This document shows, piece after piece, positions 1 through 7,303 of a DNA stretch of 14,608 bases. Position 1 is the stretch's first letter, and the number at the start of each line of letters is the position of its first letter. The stretch covers positions 1-14,608 of the forward strand of contig JAHQWH010000220.1 in assembly GCA_029856105.1 (NCBI GenBank), read 5' to 3'. The notes under the pieces are model-generated. The model did not search any database. It had not been told where the DNA came from and worked only from the letters and a program-made list of their open reading frames with translations. The translations under genes and the position numbers were made by a program. The stretch comes from Promethearchaeia archaeon (GTDB lineage: Archaea > Asgardarchaeota > Lokiarchaeia > Sigyniarchaeales > SOKP01).

Positions 1-1
1 A

Positions 2-211
2 AAAGGAAAACTACTTCGCGCGGCTTTTATCACTTTTACGATTGCTGCTGTTTTAGATTCATTACTTGGTACGATTTTTGAAGTTCCTACTGACCCCTTG
101 TTAGCAATTATGGTAGTTATAACTCGATTATTATTAATAATCAGTGCGCTCGAATTTTATGGAGGGTTTATCCTTCCAAGTTGGATGCACGCTATATTCA
201 CTAAAAAATAA
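2..211 (+). CDS. 3' end of a multi-pass membrane protein (5'-truncated by the window edge)
   Basis: Frame is open from the window edge to TAA at 209-211: KGKLLRAAFITFTIAAVLDSLLGTIFEVPTDPLLAIMVVITRLLLIISALEFYGGFILPSWMHAIFTKK*. It has two hydrophobic helices and is followed directly by a T9 run. Not in the ORF track. Confidence 0.8.
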   Translation, partial: KGKLLRAAFITFTIAAVLDSLLGTIFEVPTDPLLAIMVVITRLLLIISALEFYGGFILPSWMHAIFTKK

Positions 212-212
212 A

Positions 213-223
213 TCTTTTTTTTT
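213..223 (+). terminator. Archaeal-type oligo-T terminator candidate
   Basis: TC followed by T9 (215-223) immediately after the stop at 211. Confidence 0.45.
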
Positions 224-326
224 ATTATATCCTTATATTTCTAATTGCAATAATTTTTTTACTATCAATGATGATTCTCTTTTAAGTAGTGAAATAATCC
301 GGATAAATTTTGAGATAATTAATAAG

Positions 327-863
327 ATGGACGATTACACAGATTTAGATTGGAATTGGGAATTTTACGAAGAACTTGTTGATGATGTAGACGAAAATAA
401 AAATATCATTCAATGTATTTCGTGTGGAAAGTGCGTAGGTGATTGTCCTGCTGCGAAAGTATCTAACTTTAATAGTAGAAAAATTATTAAGAAAGTTCTT
501 CGCGGCGATAAAAGCGTTTTGAAAGATTCTGATATTTGGTATTGCTATTTATGCGAAAGATGTAAACGAGTTTGTCCTAAAGAAAATATAAACATCCCCT
601 TACTTATAATCAACCTTAGGAACGAATCTTTTAGAAAAGGTTTTGGACCAAAATATAGCGATTTGAGAAAATACGTCGAGATGTCGGAGAGATTTTTAAC
701 CCAAGGTACTGTAGTAGAAGACCCATTGGGAGGTAATTTATCACAGGAGCGAGTTGATGAAATCTACGAGATATGTAACTTTGCACGAATAAAATATGTG
801 TTTAAAGCAAGTAAAACCGACCAAAGCAAAAAAAACAAGAAAACTAAGAAGAAATCGAAATAG
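327..863 (+). CDS. hdrC: Heterodisulfide reductase subunit C-like 2[4Fe-4S] protein (178 aa; start revised from 144 to ATG 327)
   Basis: Motifs CISCGKCVGDCP and IWYCYLCERCKRVCP, with the typical 'NSRKII...G...L....IW.C..C..C...CP..I.I..LI..LRN' spacing. It lies directly upstream of a CCG-domain gene. The 144 start overlaps the upstream CDS and runs through non-coding T-rich sequence. Confidence 0.85.
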   Translation: MDDYTDLDWNWEFYEELVDDVDENKNIIQCISCGKCVGDCPAAKVSNFNSRKIIKKVLRGDKSVLKDSDIWYCYLCERCKRVCPKENINIPLLIINLRNESFRKGFGPKYSDLRKYVEMSERFLTQGTVVEDPLGGNLSQERVDEIYEICNFARIKYVFKASKTDQSKKNKKTKKKSK

Positions 864-896
864 AAATTAAAAAAAAGATTAATTGAATAGGATAAA

Positions 897-1910
897 ATGA
901 ATTTTAATAATTTAGCTTTAGATTTACAAGAAATTAAAAATAAATACCCCGATAATCCTTTAGAATTTTTTAAAGGTAAGAAGTTATGCCTATTTAAAGC
1001 TTGTTTAGAAAAGTATTTTCCAGGCGTAAGATGGGGGTTTTATGATCTCTTAGAAGAACTACAGTTAGATGTGGCTATATGTAACGATCAATCTTGCTGC
1101 AGTGGAACGTTTTTTCAGAGGAATCTAATAACAAGAGCTCAATTTTCCGCAATTAACGAGCGGAACCTTAGCGAAATGAACCAGCAGGCAGATATCGTGT
1201 TAGTTAGTTGCAACGGATGCTATAATTCCCTTCTCAGAGGGCGAGACTTCTTAGAAAATACAGAAGTGAGAAATAAAACCCAAAACATCCTGAATTCAGT
1301 TAAAAAAAAAGCTGATGGGGAAAAATACCCTGGAATGTACGACATATTAGAAAATCCAAAACTTAAATTAGTTCACGATTTAGATTTCATATACTTAATC
1401 CGAGATGACATTCTCAACGCTCTAAAATTCGACTTAAGAGGCTTAAAAGTGGCCGTCCATTACGGTTGTCATTACTTAAATTTATCGAGAGATAAGAAAA
1501 ACGTGGAAAATTACTTAGGGAGTAAAACTAAATTAGAGGAGCTCATTGAGCTTTTTGGGGGGGTTCCCGTCGATTACCAAGAAAGAGAAAGTTGTTGCGG
1601 ATGGGGGGCCAGTCAATTGTTAATAAATCCTCGCGAAGCTCTTAAAATCACTTATAACAAGTTAAAAAGCGCGGAAAACGTTGAAGCAGACTTTATTCTA
1701 ATGCCTTGCCCAACCTGTTTATATACTTTAAGTAAACCAGAATATCGAGAAAAGATTGAAAAGTGGTTCAACGAAAAGCTAGAAATACCTACGATTCATC
1801 TTAACGAATTAATCGCTATTTTGCGAGGGTGCGAAGAAGAACGCTGTATTACCTTGCGCAGAAAAACTCCGCGTCTTGAGGAAATATTTGAAATTATAAC
1901 ACAGCAATAA
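897..1910 (+). CDS. hdrB: Heterodisulfide reductase subunit B-like protein with two CCG domains
   Basis: Two complete five-Cys motifs: C36-x30-CC-x36-CxxC (LFKAC...QSCCSG...VSCNGC) and C191-x41-CC-x36-CxxC (VAVHYGCH...SCCGWG...MPCPTC). Lies 33 nt after hdrC. Confidence 0.87.
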   Translation: MNFNNLALDLQEIKNKYPDNPLEFFKGKKLCLFKACLEKYFPGVRWGFYDLLEELQLDVAICNDQSCCSGTFFQRNLITRAQFSAINERNLSEMNQQADIVLVSCNGCYNSLLRGRDFLENTEVRNKTQNILNSVKKKADGEKYPGMYDILENPKLKLVHDLDFIYLIRDDILNALKFDLRGLKVAVHYGCHYLNLSRDKKNVENYLGSKTKLEELIELFGGVPVDYQERESCCGWGASQLLINPREALKITYNKLKSAENVEADFILMPCPTCLYTLSKPEYREKIEKWFNEKLEIPTIHLNELIAILRGCEEERCITLRRKTPRLEEIFEIITQQ

Positions 1911-1946
1911 TTTCATTCAAACTATTCTTATTTATTAAAAGAAAAT

Positions 1947-2342
1947 TCACATTTTTTCAATAGCTTGCCTTGGACAAGAATCGATACATAATAAACACCC
2001 TATACATTTTTCAAACGACAATTCTAAGCGTTCATCCATGTTAAAATGCAGAGCGTCGGTTGGACAAAGAGATATGCAAGCACCACAATCAATACACTTA
2101 TCGTCGTCAACGATGACCCTTCCCTTTTTATTTACAACTACTTCGTTTCTTTGTAAAGCGTCAGTAATGAGTTTCATTTTATTTTCAGGAACATCTAACA
2201 AGAAGTTCACGCCACTCGTTCCCGTAGAAAACTTTAGAATGTTAAACGTAATATCGTATTTTAAAATCTCGTTTATGATTTTCGAATAGTCGTCAATGTC
2301 TCTTATAGCTCCGAACGGTAAGGTGCAATTAATTACAGTCGT
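1947..2342 (-). CDS. NIL-domain 2[4Fe-4S] ferredoxin, iron-sulfur partner of aspartate-semialdehyde sulfurtransferase (MA1822/MJ0099-like); start uncertain
   Basis: Motifs CIDCGACISLCP and CIGCLLCIDSCP. The frame stays open upstream of the track start (2210) to 2348 and encodes TTVINCTLPFG...YDITFNILKFSTGTSG, which contains the NIL motif. It would be 131 aa from ACG 2342. Abuts the DUF39-CBS gene. Confidence 0.85.
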   Translation of the reverse strand, partial: TTVINCTLPFGAIRDIDDYSKIINEILKYDITFNILKFSTGTSGVNFLLDVPENKMKLITDALQRNEVVVNKKGRVIVDDDKCIDCGACISLCPTDALHFNMDERLELSFEKCIGCLLCIDSCPRQAIEKM

Positions 2343-2343
2343 A

Positions 2344-3816
2344 TTACATCAACTCCTCCGAAGTAATTATTCCAATTACTCTCTTACTTTCATCAACAAC
2401 CGGTAATGCTGAAATATTGTTATTTTTCATTCGTCTAGCAGCAAGTCCAATTGGTTCGTTGTCTGTAGTAGTAATTACTTTTTTTGTTATAATGTCATTT
2501 AATTCCCTTTTATTTAGAGCAATTGCTTTGGTCACATCAAAACTAGTCACGATACCTTTTAGGTAGTTTTCTCGATCTGTAATAACGATGTGATTCATGT
2601 TTTCTTCTATAATTTTCTCAGCAACCTTCTTTAAATCACAATCATCAAAACATTTGATCGCTTGCCTTTTTAAATCCTTTACAAATTTTAACTCGGACGA
2701 TTGTTTCATTGGTTTATAAATTGTGTTTGTAGGGAGCGTCTCTGCGGGAGGGTTTAAGAAAAATTTGCCTTCTTGAATCCAATTTTTAAGTGTTTCAGCA
2801 ATCTTACGCGCGTAATATAGGGACGATAACGAAGAACATTTGACTTTTTTTCCATTAATCTCAACATACCCACTTTCTAATTCTTTATAACTAACCTGTT
2901 TTAATACAGGTCTGTCCCTTCTAGGTACACCATAATCAACTATGTCTGTTAAAATATCCTCGTTTTTGATTGCGGTCTTCTTAGCCAAACCTTCGTTTAA
3001 AATTGGAATCGGAATTCCAACCCCTACAAACATACTAGTGCCGTACTTTTCGTAGGTAACACCTCGCAAATATTCAGAACTCATCTGTTTTAGATCTCCT
3101 TTAAGAAATAACGTTCCAAATCTGTTTGAGGGGTTATGTTGAGTCCCTTCGCCAATAGCATACCCTATACCACCCCCAAGAAAGATTCTCGTACCTAACC
3201 CAATTGTTTCGTAGTCAGGGTCGTTACTCAGAGGGCTTAAATATCCTGCTCCTGCGTAATGGGCGTTGCCAAATTTTGGCAGTAGCTTACCCATATAAGT
3301 GTATAAGGTTTTATCAGAACTGTTTACCGCACATACATATCGCTGGTAAGCATTTCTTGGGTTGCATAATATGGCTTGATTGATGCTATCGAGGGTGACT
3401 TCCGTATCCACTTCAGCTAAAGGATAACAATCAGTAGTGTTTGAATTTCCTCTAAGCCTTATCGGTTTTCCAGAAACGAGATCTTCGATAACATGACCCC
3501 CTCCGTATTCGAACGGTCTAACATCCGCCATTCTGGTGCACCCAATATAACAATCGACGGCCGCGTTCCCATGATAAGCGTGAACATCGTTTAACCATAG
3601 GTGTTCGAATTTTATTGGAGGGTCAGAGTGCCCAAAATTTAAAAAAGCGCCGCTAGAACACATAGGTCCAAAGGTTCCTGTGGTAACTACATCAATCTCT
3701 TCAGCAGCTACTTTAACGCCTCTTTTTTCAACTATATTTATCATTTCTTCCGCGGTGACAACTACTACACTACCATTATTGATTTTTTCGTTTATTTCTG
3801 CATAAGTTTTCGTCAA
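2344..3816 (-). CDS. L-aspartate semialdehyde sulfurtransferase (homocysteine biosynthesis; DUF39 plus CBS pair, MA1821/MJ0100-like)
   Basis: Motifs KTYAEINEKI, DVVTTGTFGPMCSSGA (Cys53), YGGGHVIEDL, TDCYP (Cys130), NPRNAYQ, TIGLGTRIFLGG and GVGIPIPILNE, then two C-terminal CBS motifs (GIVTSFD; LPVVD...GIITSEE). TTG start preceded by GGTGA. Confidence 0.95.
   Translation of the reverse strand: MTKTYAEINEKINNGSVVVVTAEEMINIVEKRGVKVAAEEIDVVTTGTFGPMCSSGAFLNFGHSDPPIKFEHLWLNDVHAYHGNAAVDCYIGCTRMADVRPFEYGGGHVIEDLVSGKPIRLRGNSNTTDCYPLAEVDTEVTLDSINQAILCNPRNAYQRYVCAVNSSDKTLYTYMGKLLPKFGNAHYAGAGYLSPLSNDPDYETIGLGTRIFLGGGIGYAIGEGTQHNPSNRFGTLFLKGDLKQMSSEYLRGVTYEKYGTSMFVGVGIPIPILNEGLAKKTAIKNEDILTDIVDYGVPRRDRPVLKQVSYKELESGYVEINGKKVKCSSLSSLYYARKIAETLKNWIQEGKFFLNPPAETLPTNTIYKPMKQSSELKFVKDLKRQAIKCFDDCDLKKVAEKIIEENMNHIVITDRENYLKGIVTSFDVTKAIALNKRELNDIITKKVITTTDNEPIGLAARRMKNNNISALPVVDESKRVIGIITSEELM
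2353..2359 (-). promoter_or_regulatory. Shine-Dalgarno-like GGAGGAG embedded in the last codons of the DUF39-CBS gene
   Basis: Minus strand reads TCG GAG GAG TTG ATG TAA T ACG, immediately before the NIL-ferredoxin frame. Confidence 0.6.
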
Positions 3817-3820
3817 CTAA

Positions 3821-3825
3821 TCACC
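3821..3825 (-). promoter_or_regulatory. Ribosome-binding site (GGTGA) for the TTG start at 3816
   Basis: Minus strand reads GGTGA-TTAG-TTG. Confidence 0.6.
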
Positions 3826-3920
3826 GATTCTTTAATCTTCTAACCAATGGGAAAAGAAAGGTTATATTAAAATAATTAATTATATGCTATTTAAAAATAT
3901 TTACATGTAAAATATGCGAT

Positions 3921-3960
3921 TACAGCATTATTAATGATTTTATAGCATTTTTAATGATTT
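3921..3960. repeat. 20-bp tandem direct repeat (2 copies) in a divergent promoter region; candidate operator pair
   Basis: TACAGCATTATTAATGATTT and TATAGCATTTTTAATGATTT are 18/20 identical. The core CATTA-T-TAATG is palindromic. Confidence 0.65.
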
Positions 3961-4029
3961 TCAATAGTTTTTTCATAACTATCTAAAAATAAATAAGTCT
4001 AATTTTTAGAAAAAATTATAGAAAATAGT

Positions 4030-4938
4030 ATGGAAAAAAAGAATAATCACGCTCCATCATCTAAGCAGAAGTTAATAGCAAATATCCTATTAATATCCAC
4101 AACTATTCTCTGGGGCACAACATTTATAATTACAAAAAACCTCACTCAAGAAGTACCTATTTTCTTATACTTAGGTTTACGGTTTTCTTTCGCAATCATT
4201 GGTTTTCTTCCATATTTTATTCACATAAAAAAAATTAACAAGAAAATTATTTTATATGGTGCTTTAACCGGCTTAATTTATTGTTTTGCAATTATTTTTC
4301 AAACGTTTGGTCTTCAAACTACTACAGCGGGTAAGGCAGGTTTTATCACGGGTTTAAGTACTATCATGGTGCCTTTTTTAACCTGGTTATGGTTTAAAAA
4401 AACGTTTAAAAAGAGAGTTTGGCTAGCCGTAATTATTTCTGTGATTGGTATGGCCTTATTATTATTAGAGGGAGAATCAGGTGTCGTAGGGGGAGATTTT
4501 TTAGTCCTTATTTGCGCTGTTTTTTGTGCGTTTCATATCGTATTAACCGATAAATTCGTTCGACTTGTAGATGTTTACCTCTATTCGATCGTTCAACTAA
4601 CTACAATTAGTTTGTTTTGTTTTGGAAGTTCATTTCTATTTAATGAGACATTCGATTTAATAAACGTGGGTTTACCTTTTTGGTTGATTATGATTTATCT
4701 GGGGGTTATCGTTACAGCTGGAACTTTTTTCTTTCAAAATTGGGGGCAACAACATCAAGGGCCATCCCAAACGGCAATAATCTTTACATTAGAACCCGTA
4801 TTTGCCGTAATTTTTGCCTCTTTCATTATTGGTAATGAAACAATGAGTATAATGGGTTGGTTAGGATGCACTTTAATTTTTATTGCAATTTTGATTACTG
4901 TTCTAAAAAATAACGCAAACATTAATAAAAGAGATTAG
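4030..4938 (+). CDS. EamA/DMT family transporter
   Basis: About 10 hydrophobic segments in two EamA-like halves: LWGTTFII.K, LGLRF, GLQTTTAGKAGFITGL, GDFLVLICA, TAIIFTLEPVFA, GC.LI. Confidence 0.93.
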   Translation: MEKKNNHAPSSKQKLIANILLISTTILWGTTFIITKNLTQEVPIFLYLGLRFSFAIIGFLPYFIHIKKINKKIILYGALTGLIYCFAIIFQTFGLQTTTAGKAGFITGLSTIMVPFLTWLWFKKTFKKRVWLAVIISVIGMALLLLEGESGVVGGDFLVLICAVFCAFHIVLTDKFVRLVDVYLYSIVQLTTISLFCFGSSFLFNETFDLINVGLPFWLIMIYLGVIVTAGTFFFQNWGQQHQGPSQTAIIFTLEPVFAVIFASFIIGNETMSIMGWLGCTLIFIAILITVLKNNANINKRD

Positions 4939-4950
4939 TGAAATTATAAT

Positions 4951-6843
4951 TTGGAAGAGCTTGAATTTAAATTACAAAACATAAAAGTAGAACCTAAACG
5001 CGTAAATGTTAGAACTCTAAGCGACATTTCGATTACTTTTTCAGTAAATCAAGATATTCCTAATGGCTCTTCTATAATTTTTAGATTCCGTGGAGGAAGA
5101 AACAATAAAAACGATTGGTATTACTTACAGCCTTACGACCCGCAAATGAAAGGGTACGTTAAATTGAACCTAAGCTCGCAAGTAAAATTAGTTCCAGTAC
5201 TTATTTCTGGAAAAGAACTTTTAATTAAATATATCATCTGCGAGGAAAATGGAATTAAATCTGGAACTGTTTTTCACTTCAATATTTTTAAAACTCTAGT
5301 TCAATCGTTAATAGAACAAAATAAAAAGGTAGAGGTCTTAATCAAATTACGAAATCAAAAGTTAATCACTCTAGATATTTGTCCCACTATTAATGTCATT
5401 AACACGAAATTTGATCACGTTACAATAATTTGCCCCTCAATCGTTAGTGCCAACAAGGAGTTCAAAATATTAATAAGGGTTGAGGATAAATTTAATAATT
5501 TAATAAAAAACTTCTCCGATAGCATACAATTGTACAAATCAACAAATTCTAAAGATAGAGATTACATAGCAAGTTTAGAATTTAAGAAAGAAAACGAGGG
5601 AATTCTTAAGAAATGCGATTTTAAAATTTCTGAATCTGGCACTTACTCAATCGAAGCTTTTTGCAACGGTTCTTACTTTAAATCTAACCCCATCATATGT
5701 CTTGATAAACCTAACGAAAGGAATGTATTCTGGGGCTATATTCATGGACATTCTAATAAGAGCGATGGAATGAGAGATGTAGAGGAATATTTTAAAAATC
5801 TAATAAATGCGGGATTAAATTTTGGGACGGTAACAGACCACGATCATAAATGGGAAACATCTGACGAAGATTTTGAAGATATTAAGCGAACTGTAAAAAA
5901 ATATCACTCAGAAGAATTCGTTTCTTTTTTCGGATACGAATATGGATATTGGTACACTGGATATGGTGATATTTGTATATATCATTACGATGAGGATCTG
6001 CCGATTTTAAGGTCTGATGTTAACAAGTATAATTCTACAAAAAAATTAGTAAAAAATCTGAAATCTCATAAAGGAAAAGTTTTGTTGATTGCTCATCATA
6101 CTGCTTTAAGGCCAGGTTATCGTAATTGGGATTACTTTGATAATTCCATTGAAAAATTAGTTGAAATATATTCTACTTGGGGGAATCAAGAATATTCCTA
6201 TAAGGATGGTAATCCTCTCCCTCCCCGTTATAAATTTTTTGGCTATGGAAAGTATGCTAGAAAGCGGGGACCAATTTTAGAAAAAAAAGGTTCTTTTGTT
6301 CAAGACGCTTTAAAGAGAGGATATAAATTGGGTTTTACAGCCGGCGGAGACGATCATTTTGGCATTTACCCTTCCGGTCCAGGCGATCCCGATAATGGCA
6401 TTTATCCCTCTGGAATCATGGCGGTATGGGCAAAACAGTTAACGAAAGAATCGATATGGAACGCTTTACTTAATCGTCGTTGTTACGGCTCAACGGGACC
6501 AAGAGTTATTATAGACTTTCACTTAGCTCAATTTTTCATGGGAGACATTATAGATTTAGAAACATTTTCTCAATTACGGTCTAAAAGAGAAATTATTATG
6601 AAAGTAATAAGCCCAATTAAAATTAATAAAATAGAATTAATCAGAAATAATTCAATCTATAAAGCTATTGATGTGAATTCAACTAGAATAGAATTCAACT
6701 TAATTGACAACGAGAATTTTAAAGAATTTTCTCTAACTCACATAAATAATAAAGAAAAGTTTGCTTTTTATTATCCTCGGATTATTCTTGAGGATGAAAA
6801 TATGGCATGGGCAAGCCCCATATGGCTGATTAATAAATTGTAG
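4951..6843 (+). CDS. DUF3604 / CehA-McbA-like PHP-fold metallohydrolase with beta-rich N-terminal extension
   Basis: Motifs FWGYIHGHS..SDG, TDHD, GYEY, AHH, LVEIYSTWG, GFTAGGDDH, AVWA..LTKESIWNAL..RRCYGSTG and C-terminal AWASPIW. No signal peptide. Starts 12 nt after the EamA stop. Confidence 0.8.
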   Translation: MEELEFKLQNIKVEPKRVNVRTLSDISITFSVNQDIPNGSSIIFRFRGGRNNKNDWYYLQPYDPQMKGYVKLNLSSQVKLVPVLISGKELLIKYIICEENGIKSGTVFHFNIFKTLVQSLIEQNKKVEVLIKLRNQKLITLDICPTINVINTKFDHVTIICPSIVSANKEFKILIRVEDKFNNLIKNFSDSIQLYKSTNSKDRDYIASLEFKKENEGILKKCDFKISESGTYSIEAFCNGSYFKSNPIICLDKPNERNVFWGYIHGHSNKSDGMRDVEEYFKNLINAGLNFGTVTDHDHKWETSDEDFEDIKRTVKKYHSEEFVSFFGYEYGYWYTGYGDICIYHYDEDLPILRSDVNKYNSTKKLVKNLKSHKGKVLLIAHHTALRPGYRNWDYFDNSIEKLVEIYSTWGNQEYSYKDGNPLPPRYKFFGYGKYARKRGPILEKKGSFVQDALKRGYKLGFTAGGDDHFGIYPSGPGDPDNGIYPSGIMAVWAKQLTKESIWNALLNRRCYGSTGPRVIIDFHLAQFFMGDIIDLETFSQLRSKREIIMKVISPIKINKIELIRNNSIYKAIDVNSTRIEFNLIDNENFKEFSLTHINNKEKFAFYYPRIILEDENMAWASPIWLINKL

Positions 6844-7049
6844 CCCGTATATCGAAAAGATTTTTTGAATTTTATAGTTTTCGTTCAGATTCTTCAACAA
6901 ATATCTATTAAAACAAATTTATTAACCCTTAACCTATTAATTTTACAAAATAGATGTATTTATTCTAATCGTAATTTTTATTAGTAAGAATATATAGCAA
7001 AAATCTTTGAAGTTCTTTCTAAAATCTATTCTGGAGAAGAATATCGATA

Positions 7050-7193
7050 ATGGAGAAAGTAACAGTTAAGAAGTTGCATATTTGCGAAAAATGCGGAAAC
7101 ATCATGGTTAATAGAGTGCTTAGGCGAGACTCCGACAAATTAGAAAGAATACTTCAATGTATTGTATGCAGACATTGGGTCCCTTTAAATTAG
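7050..7193 (+). CDS. Small zinc-ribbon protein (47 aa)
   Basis: MEKVTVKKLHICEKCGNIMVNRVLRRDSDKLERILQCIVCRHWVPLN* has CxxC-x21-CxxC. GGAG at 7033-7036. It sits as a higher-GC island in AT-rich intergenic DNA and is below the ORF track cutoff. Confidence 0.75.
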   Translation: MEKVTVKKLHICEKCGNIMVNRVLRRDSDKLERILQCIVCRHWVPLN

Positions 7194-7303
7194 ATCTATT
7201 TCTTCTCCTATAGCTACTTAATTGAACAATTCCAATTTCTTCAGATATACTTATTGACTATCGTATGTAGAAGTTTTAAATAACAATTAAACGAATATTG
7301 ATT

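Noticed and set aside
144-326. 61-aa N-terminal extension of the HdrC-like ORF in the track
   Set aside because: It overlaps the upstream membrane-protein CDS (ending 211) and a T9 terminator-like run. ATG 327 gives a normal HdrC-sized protein.
2038-2289. 83-aa plus-strand ORF
   Set aside because: Antisense shadow of the NIL-ferredoxin gene with no recognisable motif.
327-2342. Selenocysteine recoding in the Hdr/ferredoxin genes (Lokiarchaeia are known to use Sec)
   Set aside because: All cluster ligands are Cys codons. The TGA at 1947 follows a complete domain and meets TAA three codons later, and the in-frame TGA at 2349-2351 has a TAA shortly upstream with no start between.
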